A DNA stretch of 64,000 nucleotides from an uncultured Taibaiella sp. (GTDB lineage Bacteria; Bacteroidota; Bacteroidia; Chitinophagales; Chitinophagaceae), in contig CAYSCJ010000007.1 in assembly GCA_964429515.1 (NCBI GenBank), forward strand, positions 741-64,740. The letters run 5' to 3'. This document shows, one piece after another, positions 19,754 to 29,911 of this stretch. Within the stretch, counting starts at the first letter, position 1. Each line of letters opens with the position of its first letter. The notes below the pieces were generated by a model that made no database searches, was not told the origin of the DNA, and was given only the letters and a program-made list of their open reading frames with translations. Made by a program: the position numbers and the translations under genes.

Positions 19754-21241
19754 ATGCGAAAACAATTTGCCGCTAACGTTTTATTTCTATTACTTTTAAA
19801 TCTGCTCATTAAGCCATTCTGGATTTTTGGCATCGACGCGCAGGTACAAAACACTTTGGGCAATGAAGTATATGGCAACTACTTTACGATGCTCAACCTT
19901 AGTATTATTTTCCAAATATTACTAGACATAGGCTTACAAAACTATAATAACAAAACCGTAGCGCAATCGCCCAATACCTTTTACAAGCTGTTTCCCAATA
20001 TCATGATTACCAAGTTGGCATTAAGCCTACTATACCTGCTACTACTGCTTATTACGGCTTGGAGTATAGGATATAATTGGCAGTCGGTAGCACTATTGCT
20101 GTACATCAGCATCATTCCTATTATCAACTCATTTTACTTGTTTTTCAGAAGCAATATAGCGGCATTCCAGTTGTTTAAAACAGATAGTCTTTTATCTATA
20201 CTTGATAGGCTGCTGCTGATTGTAATATGTGGTAGCATTCTGTACCTCCCCTACTTTAGTTACCAAAAAGAAACATTCAGTATTTACACCTACATACACA
20301 TTCAAATAATTACCCTCAGCATTGCTTGTGTGATAGCTTTTTTTATAATTCAGCATCATCATAAAATAAATTGGCGGTATTTACATCTAAAAAAAGTAAT
20401 TGGCATTATCAAACAAGGACTACCTTTCGCAGTACTCATTTTTATGATGGCCGTATACATGCGCATAGACAGTATTATGATAGAACGTTTTATGGGTAAT
20501 GCTGCCGCAGGTGTTTATGGAGAAATGTTCAGAATTTTAGATGTGTCAAACAACATGTCGGGCGTACTCATTGGTGGCATGCTGCTATCATTCTTTGCCA
20601 AACACCAAAAAGACGCTCAAATGATTGCTAAAATTTGCAAACTAGCCAACCACTCTCTAATACCTTTAAGCATCATACTTGTATTAGTTTGCTTCTTCTG
20701 GAGCGACGCAATATTAGCTATCGTTTACACCAATAGAACTGGACTATTTGAGCACAATCTAGGCTTACTTATGCTAGCATTCCCTTTCTATTGCCTGCTG
20801 TATATATACAGTACGCTCCTTACTGCTTATGGAAAAATACGTACACTCACCTATTTATCTTCTATAGCCTGCATAGTAAGTATTGTGGGCAACGCTATAT
20901 TCCTGCCTATTTACAAACTAGACGCTGCTCTTATGGTGCACAGTACTACCATGGCACTAGTGGGCATTAGCTGCTTATACCTCGCTATCAAACATACTTC
21001 AGCGCCTATTTTACAATTAAAAACAATAGTCAAATATGCTATTTTCACCACATTGGGAGTCATTATTTGTAAAGAAATTCACAAGCTAGATAGCATCAAT
21101 ACTTATCTACAGTTCATTATCTTAGTTGCAAGCATGATGGCTATCTATGCGCTATTATACGCAAGTGCTATTTTTGAAGGATATAAAAAAATTAAGGTGC
21201 AAATTCTCTCAAAAAAATCATATTGGGATATACGACTATAG
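19754..21241 (+). CDS. Polysaccharide biosynthesis / Wzx-like flippase family membrane protein
   Basis: About 495 aa and polytopic. The N-terminus FAANVLFLLLLNLLIKPFWIFGIDAQVQNTLGNEVYGNYF resembles MOP flippases. I prefer the ATG at 19754 to the TTG at 19745. Confidence 0.6.
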   Translation: MRKQFAANVLFLLLLNLLIKPFWIFGIDAQVQNTLGNEVYGNYFTMLNLSIIFQILLDIGLQNYNNKTVAQSPNTFYKLFPNIMITKLALSLLYLLLLLITAWSIGYNWQSVALLLYISIIPIINSFYLFFRSNIAAFQLFKTDSLLSILDRLLLIVICGSILYLPYFSYQKETFSIYTYIHIQIITLSIACVIAFFIIQHHHKINWRYLHLKKVIGIIKQGLPFAVLIFMMAVYMRIDSIMIERFMGNAAAGVYGEMFRILDVSNNMSGVLIGGMLLSFFAKHQKDAQMIAKICKLANHSLIPLSIILVLVCFFWSDAILAIVYTNRTGLFEHNLGLLMLAFPFYCLLYIYSTLLTAYGKIRTLTYLSSIACIVSIVGNAIFLPIYKLDAALMVHSTTMALVGISCLYLAIKHTSAPILQLKTIVKYAIFTTLGVIICKEIHKLDSINTYLQFIILVASMMAIYALLYASAIFEGYKKIKVQILSKKSYWDIRL

Positions 21242-22568
21242 ACTGAAAAACGATACCTCCAATTTTCACTTTCTCAATTTGCTTATCTTCCTCCGCCCGC
21301 ATCCTATACGGAAACACAGCGTTGTACAACCACACCTCTGTTGCTCGCTGCTCATCAAATGACTTTGGTGAAAATTGAGTAGCGTAAAAATCTAAAGACC
21401 TCACATTTAAAGGCAATTTATAGTCGTAAACATACCTAGCCGCAAAAGCATCACACACAATAGTAGAAGCATGCTGCAACTGCTGCTTATCAAAGCTTAT
21501 TATGCTGCGTTTTTGCTGGAAAATTTGTGTAATTATAAAAATACTATGCGTAACAACTAACAACAGTCCGACACCTAAGAAGGCTAAACGCTTTGCCCGC
21601 TCTAGCTTAAAATAATTGCTTGCCACATATACCACCAATATAAAAACTGCAAACTTGGACTGCAAATGCAAAGCCCTATCGGGGTAAATATACAAACCTA
21701 AAATAGCTATAGAAAGCAGCACAAGTACCACACTATCGCGCTTGATAAGGCCCCATATGCCTGCAATCAAGCCACAAACAAACAATAAACTCAAAAATAA
21801 ATACTGGTGATTGGTGCTTACTTCATGCACCAAAATACCCCACTTAGATGTATGGTAAAACTGCAAGCTCTGCATATGTGCCCTAAACACCTCAAAAAAT
21901 TGCATCATTTCTCCTTGGGTATAAACATAAGTTATTACAAGCAACAATAGTATTACAATGATATTTGCACCCAAAAACCACCAACGCTGCGATGGTACCT
22001 TCCAAAAAAACAATAAAGCCAGAGGCGCATACACTGCTATGAGCATGGGCGCTGTGTAAATACTAAAACCTATTAAAAACAATCCCAAAATACGCCACTT
22101 TGCATACTGCCATCCGATATAAATACCCATATACAATAGCGTATAACCAAGCGCTTCGGGCCTTAGGCCAATTTGCAGTAGCAGCATCCAGTAAAACGCA
22201 AGCGAACATACATTACCTGCCAACGAGATGCCTATCTTCTTTAATAACAACCACAAGAAATAACCACCCACTACATACTGGCCGAGTATATAAACAGCTA
22301 AAACAACCCACGAAACACCCATTGCCCCCATATAACCTTGTAGCACAATAAATTGCCCAGGCAAGTAATAGTATGGCATTGAGGTGGCAAACTGCTGCAA
22401 AAAACCCTCACAAAATACATTCGCATTGCTGCCATATAAGGCCTTATGGATTGCTGGACCTATAAACAACAAATCGTCTCGATATGGCGCAGGTAAATCT
22501 AAAGCAAGGCAAATTAGGAGCATTACCAAGGCCAATATCCAATAACTATATTTAACAAAGATTTTCAT
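21192..22568 (-). CDS. Polytopic membrane protein, possible GT-C fold glycosyltransferase
   Basis: About 458 aa with ~10 or more TM stretches and an acidic DD pair in the first extracytoplasmic loop (LPAPYRDDLLF), as in GT-C enzymes. The start is taken at ATG 22568. The family call is inference only. Confidence 0.45.
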   Translation of the reverse strand: MKIFVKYSYWILALVMLLICLALDLPAPYRDDLLFIGPAIHKALYGSNANVFCEGFLQQFATSMPYYYLPGQFIVLQGYMGAMGVSWVVLAVYILGQYVVGGYFLWLLLKKIGISLAGNVCSLAFYWMLLLQIGLRPEALGYTLLYMGIYIGWQYAKWRILGLFLIGFSIYTAPMLIAVYAPLALLFFWKVPSQRWWFLGANIIVILLLLVITYVYTQGEMMQFFEVFRAHMQSLQFYHTSKWGILVHEVSTNHQYLFLSLLFVCGLIAGIWGLIKRDSVVLVLLSIAILGLYIYPDRALHLQSKFAVFILVVYVASNYFKLERAKRLAFLGVGLLLVVTHSIFIITQIFQQKRSIISFDKQQLQHASTIVCDAFAARYVYDYKLPLNVRSLDFYATQFSPKSFDEQRATEVWLYNAVFPYRMRAEEDKQIEKVKIGGIVFQSIVVYPNMIFLREFAP

Positions 22569-22575
22569 GACGCTC

Positions 22576-22583
22576 CAAAAATA
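22576..22583 (-). promoter_or_regulatory. Candidate -7 box for the GT-C-like gene (very short leader)
   Basis: Minus strand reads TATTTTTG, ending 7 nt before ATG 22568. Confidence 0.35.
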
Positions 22584-22666
22584 TAAAAATACCACTAGCA
22601 ATTTATCATTAACAAACTTTTCAATAACTTATTGTAAATTTCATATACTTATATTATTATATATTT

Positions 22667-22674
22667 TACCTTTG
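22667..22674 (+). promoter_or_regulatory. Candidate -7 box for the TonB-dependent receptor gene
   Basis: tacctttg, 30 nt upstream of ATG 22705. Confidence 0.45.
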
Positions 22675-22704
22675 TACCCAAATTTTTATTATTAATAATA
22701 TTTT

Positions 22705-25494
22705 ATGTTGAAAATCCATACTATCCCGACTATCGTAATAGCGTCGATACTATCAAGTGCTTCGTATGCTCAAACAGCTATCGTTAAAGGAAAAATTATA
22801 AATACCAAAACTACTCTGCCCGCTAACGGCGTAGAAGTTACGCTCCCCAAATTGCGTATAATGGTATTTACAAATATCAACGGTGATTTTAGCTTTTCAA
22901 ATGTACCATACGGAAGCTACGAAATGTTTATCGGCAATAGCGCCTCTCCTTCCGAAAACATTGCTATTAACGTTCAAAATGAGGTTGTGGACATCGGAAC
23001 CATAAACGCAGATATTAAAGACGACCTAAGTACCTCCATTACTAGTCAACTACCAACCATTGCGCTTGAAGAAAACGATGCGGTTGGTAATGATGATGCT
23101 ATTTCAGACCAGTCGATCTCGGGCATACTCACAGCCTCCAGAGATCCGTTCTTACAAGCAGCAGCCTTCCAGTTTGGAAACTTCAGATACCAACTAAGAG
23201 GCTACAACCGAAATCAGCTAGAAGTGTACCTCAACGGCTTAATGATGAATGATATTGAACAAGGTGGTGCTTTTTGGGGTCTTTGGGGCGGACTAAATGA
23301 TGTTTTCAGAAATCAAAGCATTTCCTTCGGTTTGGCGCCGTCTGAAGATGGATTTGGAGGACTGCAAGGCGTTTCATCAATGAACGTAATGGCGGCGAAC
23401 CTCCAAAAGCAAACCCGCATTTCCTACTCACTTACGAATAGAAATTACAGAAACCGAGTAATGGTAACCCACAATACCGGCATGATGAGCAATGGCTGGG
23501 CCATCTCGATGTCGGCTTCCAGACGATGGGCGAACGAAGGCTATATACCCGGCACTTTCCATGATGGATATAGTTACTTTTTGGGACTTTCGAAACGTGT
23601 TAGCGACAAACACACCCTGCATTTTACCTCATTTGGCGCACCCACTGTAAGAGGCAAAGCTCAAGGGGCCATGCAAGAAGTCATGGACTTGGCCGGCGAC
23701 AACTACTATAACCCAAATTGGGGATGGCTTAACGGCGAAAAAATGAATTCGCGCGTTAATAACAGCTTTCAGCCCGTAAACATTTTAAATTGGGAATACA
23801 CCCCCTCCGCAAATACCATCTTCAACTTTGGCCTTGCCTACCAAACAGGATATAATAAAAACTCTGCTTTAGACTGGTATAATGCCATGGACCCACGACC
23901 CGACTATTACAGAAATCTACCTAGCTACTTCCTACATGACCCCGCAGGAGCCGACCCTGAGCGCGCAGCCGATAGAGCAGCTTTTTTACAAGACAACCCC
24001 GATAAACTCCAAATAAATTGGGATAGAATTTACCAAGCCAATCAAATGAACCAACAAAGCTTCAATGGTGTTACCGGAGCTAGGTCTGTATATGTTATCG
24101 GCGATGATGTAGAACAATACAACAAATACAGCGTTTTCCTATCCGTTAAAGCCAAAATCAACAACCATATAAATATAACTGGAGGCTTCAGCGCACAAAC
24201 ACAAACAACCGAAAACTATAGAGAAATCAACAACCTATTGGGTGGCGATTACTATGTAAACCTCAACCAATTTGCTGAAAGAACCTATATAGGAAACGAA
24301 ATTTTTAACCAAAATAACATACTCGACCCCAATGGCATCGTACGTAAAGGAGATAAATACAATTACTTCTACAAAAACAACTTTAATAAAGGCTTCGTAT
24401 GGGGACAATCAACTTTTAAATACAATAAACTAGATGGATTTGTTGCTGTACGTGGCGGATTTGAATCATTCCAAAGAGACGGCCAATTTAAAAATGGTTT
24501 ATTCTTAGATAATTCCTTCGGAAAATCGGATGTAATTAAGCTAGGCACCTACCAAGTAAAAGCCGGATTAACCTATAAAATTGACGGCAGAAACTACTTA
24601 TACGCAAGCGGAATGCTAGGCACCGAAGCTCCTACATTCGACAATACCTTCATCTCGCCCCGCACCCGAAACCTAATTGTAGATAATTATCAGTTGAAAA
24701 AAATACAATCCGTAGAAGGTGGCTACCTCTTAAAAACACCTTTTATTAATGGTAGATTAAGTGCTTTTGCTACAGACATCAACAATACCACCGACATCAA
24801 ACGTTTTTTCCACGAAGACTATCGCACATTTGTCAACTTCGTTATGCAAAATGTAAACATGAGAATGTGGGGAACGGAATTTGCGTTTCAAGCCCGACTA
24901 ACACCTACGCTCTCTGCTACCCTAGCTGGAAGCTTCATGCAGGCATTTTATAACAGCCGACCAGACATTGCCATCTATAGAGATAATGACACCAATAGCA
25001 CCATTGCTACCAGCAAAGCTTATATTCAAAATTACTACCTCTCTGCAGGCCCTCAAACTGCCACTACACTTGGATTAAATTATCGATCACCCAAATTTTG
25101 GTACGCCAACGTCAATGTCAATTATGCAGACAGAAACTATGTTAGCATCAATCCAAGCAGACGCACTCTCGAGGCTGTAGACGGACTTGAATATAATGGT
25201 GAACAATTCAATAATATCATTGAACAAGAAAAACTCCCCTCTGCATTTACGGTTGACTTATACCTAGGAAAATCTTTTGCACTCACGAAGTTGAATCGCA
25301 AGCTGTTCAAATATGGAACCTATTTATATGTCAATTTGGGTGTAAACAATGTGCTGAACAATAAAAACATTCGCACAGGAGGATACGAGCAATTGCGTTT
25401 TGACCAAACAGGCAGAAACCCCAACAGATTTGATACTAAATATTTTTATGCCTATGGAGCTAATTACTTCCTAAATATCAGTCTGAAATTCTAG
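22705..25494 (+). CDS. TonB-dependent outer-membrane receptor with N-terminal carboxypeptidase-regulatory-like domain
   Basis: Signal peptide, then a CarbopepD_reg-like segment (IVKGKIINTKT...NGDFSFSNVPYGSYEMFI). The body is a long beta-barrel-type sequence ending in the terminal aromatic NISLKF. No SusD-like gene follows. Confidence 0.85.
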   Translation: MLKIHTIPTIVIASILSSASYAQTAIVKGKIINTKTTLPANGVEVTLPKLRIMVFTNINGDFSFSNVPYGSYEMFIGNSASPSENIAINVQNEVVDIGTINADIKDDLSTSITSQLPTIALEENDAVGNDDAISDQSISGILTASRDPFLQAAAFQFGNFRYQLRGYNRNQLEVYLNGLMMNDIEQGGAFWGLWGGLNDVFRNQSISFGLAPSEDGFGGLQGVSSMNVMAANLQKQTRISYSLTNRNYRNRVMVTHNTGMMSNGWAISMSASRRWANEGYIPGTFHDGYSYFLGLSKRVSDKHTLHFTSFGAPTVRGKAQGAMQEVMDLAGDNYYNPNWGWLNGEKMNSRVNNSFQPVNILNWEYTPSANTIFNFGLAYQTGYNKNSALDWYNAMDPRPDYYRNLPSYFLHDPAGADPERAADRAAFLQDNPDKLQINWDRIYQANQMNQQSFNGVTGARSVYVIGDDVEQYNKYSVFLSVKAKINNHINITGGFSAQTQTTENYREINNLLGGDYYVNLNQFAERTYIGNEIFNQNNILDPNGIVRKGDKYNYFYKNNFNKGFVWGQSTFKYNKLDGFVAVRGGFESFQRDGQFKNGLFLDNSFGKSDVIKLGTYQVKAGLTYKIDGRNYLYASGMLGTEAPTFDNTFISPRTRNLIVDNYQLKKIQSVEGGYLLKTPFINGRLSAFATDINNTTDIKRFFHEDYRTFVNFVMQNVNMRMWGTEFAFQARLTPTLSATLAGSFMQAFYNSRPDIAIYRDNDTNSTIATSKAYIQNYYLSAGPQTATTLGLNYRSPKFWYANVNVNYADRNYVSINPSRRTLEAVDGLEYNGEQFNNIIEQEKLPSAFTVDLYLGKSFALTKLNRKLFKYGTYLYVNLGVNNVLNNKNIRTGGYEQLRFDQTGRNPNRFDTKYFYAYGANYFLNISLKF

Positions 25495-25696
25495 CACCAT
25501 CGTTACAGTAAGTAACTGCTTTTATGGACGGTTTGTAACGACAGTTTTCTTTAGATAAAATTTTGTAATGTTCACCTGAAATACAAATATGCTTTGTTGG
25601 AAAGTAACTCATCAATAATAGATTGAACTGCCAAACCGATATTCGTTCATGAAAATAAAAATTAGCTGCTAAATAACGACAGCCTAAAAAAGCCAT

Positions 25697-25757
25697 AAGC
25701 CTCCTGTTAGTCCTTAGCTTACAAAAAAGTAAATGTCTAAGGATATTCAGGAGGCTT
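25697..25757 (-). terminator. Long imperfect hairpin, probable terminator of the M28 peptidase gene
   Basis: aagcctcctg/caggaggctt (10 bp) plus tccttag/ctaagga (7 bp), separated by a 4x4 internal loop. On the minus strand it is followed by atggctttttt. Confidence 0.6.
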
Positions 25758-25790
25758 GTTGTTGCTATTTAAAATTTAATTGTTGCGCAA

Positions 25791-27353
25791 TTAGTACTTG
25801 CCATCTCTGTTGGCATCCCTTGCTTTCGGCCATTCAGCTCTTTTACCGCTCTTTATATTCATGGGCAATTCTGCTTTTCTTCTGCTAAACATGCTTGGCT
25901 CTTCACACGCCAAATATACTAGTAGGGCTATAGCTTCTGCATTCATACGCATTTCCTGAAATACTATTTTATCATAGGTATCGTATTGGGTATGCCATGT
26001 ATAGTTAGAGTAATCCCAGTTGTGGCCCAACAAAAAGAAAGCCGGAATATCATAAGGCAAAAAGGCTGCATAGTCGGAGCTACCTCTACCAGGGTCGCCC
26101 GGGAATGTAGTCGCAATCTCTTTCCTAGTATTTTCTGGTAAATATTGTAGCCATCTTCCAAAATAGTCGTAAGCATCCAAAAAGCCATTACCCGTTATTC
26201 TGGTTATGCGGCCTGTACCATTATCTTGATTAAACAAGACGCTAATACGTTCTCTCATCTCTGGATGATCGGCTATGTAAGCTCTCGAGCCATTCAATCC
26301 TTGCTCTTCGCCGCCCCAATGCCCTACTATGATGCTTCGCTTAGGCGCTGGATAGTGTTTTTTAAGAATACGCATCACTTCCATCATTAGCACCGTACCT
26401 GTGGCATTATCTGTAGCACCTGTACCACCGTCCCACGAATCTAAATGTGCCGATAACATCACATACTCTTCAGGCTTTTCATTCCCCCGTATTAAGCTCA
26501 TTGTATTTGATACGGGCACCATTCCATTATCTTTTGAGGTAGTAAGCACACTTACTTTGGGCGTGATACCCCTTACACTCATTCGATATAGCATTGCATA
26601 GTCCTCTAGCCCAACATTCACATTGGGTATTTGAGTGGTTCTCGCTGCAAAAATGCGCTGCGCACCCCAGCCTTCCGTTGCATTTGACGATAGTAATGCT
26701 ACGGCGCCTGCCTTCTCTAAAGCAGCCGGCAAGGTGCTTGCTGTATAACCCGTTTTTCTTAGGTTGCTGTTCCAAGCCTTTTGGGCACTATCCTTTTCAG
26801 CCTTCACTTGAGGAAGATAAAAAGCCATTCCATTTTTTTCCCAATTTTCAAGAGGTCGTCCACTTTGTTCGGGCCTCGATATCATTACGATCTTGCCTTT
26901 GACGCTTGGTAGCCATTTCTGAAAGGAAATACTATCTACAACAGTTGGCAACACGATTATCGAGGCTTCTACCGCTTTGCCCTTAGGCGTAGCAGGGCAC
27001 CAAGCTAGCTGGGTAGCATTCAGCTGGGCGTACCTTGGATAGGTCATTTCTACTACTGTTTTACCACGCTCCCATTGCTTCCACATACCATAATTCTCGT
27101 TCCAAGCTTCTATACCCCAGGATTTGTAGGTTTGTATCAACCAGCTTTGCGACGCCTCATAGCTTTTACTTCCTATGAGCCTTGGTCCAATACCGTCACA
27201 TAACTCTTGGCTTAGACGCTCTAAGTGGGAGTTTTGATACACTTCTTTAGAAATATTGTTTAAAATATTGGTATCTACTAGCTGCGCCTGCGCCGAAGCA
27301 CTCATAAAGCTTGTGGACAAAGCCGCACCTACCAACAGTAATAATTGTTTCAT
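25791..27353 (-). CDS. M28 family metallopeptidase with PA-like insert
   Basis: Signal peptide MKQLLLLVGAALSTSFMSASAQA. M28 metal-ligand motifs HLDSWDGGTGATDNATG and GHWGGEEQGLNGS. Confidence 0.85.
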   Translation of the reverse strand: MKQLLLLVGAALSTSFMSASAQAQLVDTNILNNISKEVYQNSHLERLSQELCDGIGPRLIGSKSYEASQSWLIQTYKSWGIEAWNENYGMWKQWERGKTVVEMTYPRYAQLNATQLAWCPATPKGKAVEASIIVLPTVVDSISFQKWLPSVKGKIVMISRPEQSGRPLENWEKNGMAFYLPQVKAEKDSAQKAWNSNLRKTGYTASTLPAALEKAGAVALLSSNATEGWGAQRIFAARTTQIPNVNVGLEDYAMLYRMSVRGITPKVSVLTTSKDNGMVPVSNTMSLIRGNEKPEEYVMLSAHLDSWDGGTGATDNATGTVLMMEVMRILKKHYPAPKRSIIVGHWGGEEQGLNGSRAYIADHPEMRERISVLFNQDNGTGRITRITGNGFLDAYDYFGRWLQYLPENTRKEIATTFPGDPGRGSSDYAAFLPYDIPAFFLLGHNWDYSNYTWHTQYDTYDKIVFQEMRMNAEAIALLVYLACEEPSMFSRRKAELPMNIKSGKRAEWPKARDANRDGKY

Positions 27354-27632
27354 CGTTATGCATTTATTTTTAGGAATTGCAAAATATTCTAAAAAAATCA
27401 GACTTCATAACAAAATGTGAAAGAAAAACGCCTGCGGCTTTATGTAAAAGCGGAAAAGAAAACGATAGTATTTATTTTACAATAAAATTATCCTAAAAAA
27501 AGTATATTTTTTTTAATAAAAAAACCAGAAAAATCGCTTTAAACACATTTTAAATAATATTTCAAGCAATTGATAAATCAATATTTATCGACTAATGTAC
27601 ATGAAAGGATATGTGGAATGCCCTCGCTTAGG

Positions 27633-28730
27633 CTATTTTATTTTTTGCTTATACATGTACCATGCCACCGAACCAAAAACAAGGTTGGGTATCCAAATAG
27701 ATAGCAATGGATTAAAACCAGCATTGATAGTAAATGTTTTTGAAAACTGCATAAAGAGCATGTAAATAGCACAACCACCTATACCTATCGCCAAGTGAAA
27801 TCCGCTACCTCCTCTTATTTTCTGTGAAGCCAAACAGGCACCAATGATACACAATATAATGCCCGAAAAAGGTTGCGCGCTGCGTTTATGAAGCTCAAAC
27901 AAATAAGCATCTACCGACGTCAAGCCCCTGTCTCTTTGTTTTTGAATCTCGCGTAGCAATGCCGGGGTTGTTAACGACTCCATTTTTCTATCATCGTTTA
28001 ATATTTCCTCTGGCGTCAAGGATATGGCAATCGTATCGCGTTCTTTATGCTCTAGCGTTTCGAACTTACCCTGATAGGTTCTGATACTTATGTTTCTAAG
28101 CTCCCATTGTTTAGAAAGGGTGTCATAAATGGCTTTGCGTGCCGCTATTTTTTGTAATACTTGATGGTCTTTTATGTATTCTAAAGAAAAATTATTGATT
28201 TCTTTAAGGCCATAATCGAAGTTTTGAACATATACATATTCGCTATCCGATAATCTTATATGAATATTTCTATCGGCGCTATAGGGTGTGTTCCAAATAT
28301 AATTGACAGAAAACTCATGTATTTGTTGATTGGCCGAGGGCACTACAAAGTGATTGGCCACTAAGGAAATGCATGCTAAAATGGCACTACCCACCAAATA
28401 GGGTCTTAAAAAACGAGTAAACGACACTCCTGAGGCTAATATGGCTATAATTTCTGTTTTAAAAGCCATTTTGGAAGTAAAAAAAATCGTGGCTATAAAT
28501 ATAAAAAGCGGGAACAGCATGGCTGTAATATGCGGCACAAAGCTCACAAAATACATTACCACATCTGAGGTAGGTGGTTTATTCTTAACAAAATCCTCTA
28601 CTTTTTCAGAATAGTCTACTACACAGGAAATAAGGGCTATGAGGAGCATAGCAAAAAAGAAGGTTGTAAAAAACTTCTTGAGTACGAAAGCGTCGAGCGT
28701 TTTCCAGTATTTTCCTATTATCTTTTTCAA
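27633..28730 (-). CDS. LptF/LptG (YjgP/YjgQ) family LPS export permease
   Basis: 365 aa with the N-terminal LDAFVLKKFFTTFFF pattern, a large periplasmic middle domain and a C-terminal TM bundle. It uses a TTG start 9 nt after the tgt stop. Confidence 0.8.
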   Translation of the reverse strand: MKKIIGKYWKTLDAFVLKKFFTTFFFAMLLIALISCVVDYSEKVEDFVKNKPPTSDVVMYFVSFVPHITAMLFPLFIFIATIFFTSKMAFKTEIIAILASGVSFTRFLRPYLVGSAILACISLVANHFVVPSANQQIHEFSVNYIWNTPYSADRNIHIRLSDSEYVYVQNFDYGLKEINNFSLEYIKDHQVLQKIAARKAIYDTLSKQWELRNISIRTYQGKFETLEHKERDTIAISLTPEEILNDDRKMESLTTPALLREIQKQRDRGLTSVDAYLFELHKRSAQPFSGIILCIIGACLASQKIRGGSGFHLAIGIGGCAIYMLFMQFSKTFTINAGFNPLLSIWIPNLVFGSVAWYMYKQKIK

Positions 28731-28739
28731 TTGCTTTGC

Positions 28740-29888
28740 CTACAGTCTACGTTTAACAATTGCTAGTGTGTCTTTTTGCCATTGCGCAAAATCGCCAGCT
28801 ATAATGTGTTTACGCGCCTCTTTTACCAAATGTAAGTAAAATGATAGGTTTTGTAAACTAGCAAGCTGTAATGCCAATAATTCTTGGGCAACAAATAAAT
28901 GCCTTAAATAAGCCTTACTGTATGAATTCACGGTATGCGTTGCTGCCAGTCCGGTATCTATAGGACTGAAATCATCGGCCCACTTCTTATTCTTAATGTT
29001 TATAACCCCCTGTGTGGTAAACAACATGCCGTTTCTGCCATTTCGGGTAGGCATTACACAGTCAAACATATCTACGCCCAATCCTATACCCTGAAGTATA
29101 TTCCAAGGTGTACCTACACCCATAAGATATCTGGGTTTGTCTTTTGGAAGTATGCCACATACAAGCTCACACATTTCATACATATCTTCTTCGGGCTCAC
29201 CTACAGACAATCCGCCTATGGCATTTCCATCTGCGCCTTGCTCTGCTATAAACTCGGCAGAGCGCTTACGTAAATCTTTATATACACCCCCCTGCACTAT
29301 CGGGAATAGGGTTTGGTTATGGCCATACATAGGTGTTGTGTCGTTAAATCTTTGAATACACCTTTGCAGCCATCTATGCGTCATCTCCATCGATTTGCGG
29401 GCATACTCATACTCACAAGGATAGGGCGTACACTCATCAAATGCCATTACGATATCGGCACCAATAACACGTTGCGTATCCATTACATTCTCGGGGGTAA
29501 ATAAATGTCTTGAACCATCTATATGCGACTGAAACAAGGCACCTTCCTCCTTCAACTTTCTATTGCCCGATAAAGAAAAAACCTGATAACCGCCACTATC
29601 CGTAAGGATAGGCCCCTGCCAACCCATAAATTTATGCAAACCACACGCCTTTTCTAAAATCTCCAAACCCGGACGCAAGAATAGATGATAGGTATTACAC
29701 AAAATGATTTGCGCATTTATCTCGTTGTGCAATTGACTTTGCAATATACCTTTTACACTACCTACGGTACCTACAGGCATAAAGATAGGCGTCTCTATTG
29801 CACCATTATCGGTATGCAATATGCCTGCCCTTGCACCCGTAATAGGGTCTTGTGCTACTAATTCGTACTTAAAATTATTATTAAACAT
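28740..29888 (-). CDS. tgt: tRNA-guanine transglycosylase (queuine tRNA-ribosyltransferase)
   Basis: Hallmark motifs TPIFMPVGT, ILTDSGGYQVFSL, LSVGE and the Zn site CxCxxC...H region (FDCVMPTR). Confidence 0.95.
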   Translation of the reverse strand: MFNNNFKYELVAQDPITGARAGILHTDNGAIETPIFMPVGTVGSVKGILQSQLHNEINAQIILCNTYHLFLRPGLEILEKACGLHKFMGWQGPILTDSGGYQVFSLSGNRKLKEEGALFQSHIDGSRHLFTPENVMDTQRVIGADIVMAFDECTPYPCEYEYARKSMEMTHRWLQRCIQRFNDTTPMYGHNQTLFPIVQGGVYKDLRKRSAEFIAEQGADGNAIGGLSVGEPEEDMYEMCELVCGILPKDKPRYLMGVGTPWNILQGIGLGVDMFDCVMPTRNGRNGMLFTTQGVINIKNKKWADDFSPIDTGLAATHTVNSYSKAYLRHLFVAQELLALQLASLQNLSFYLHLVKEARKHIIAGDFAQWQKDTLAIVKRRL

Positions 29889-29911
29889 CTTTATACTTTA
29901 CGCTTTTAAAA

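Noticed and set aside
25478-25696. 72-aa minus-strand ORF between the TonB-dependent receptor and M28 genes
   Set aside because: It overlaps the receptor stop codon, spans hairpin-rich terminator sequence and resembles no family. It is probably spurious.
27572-27589. Inverted repeat gataaat-caat-atttatc downstream of the LptF/G gene
   Set aside because: Seven-bp A/T palindromes are expected by chance in such AT-rich spacers, and it has no clear positional link to a promoter.
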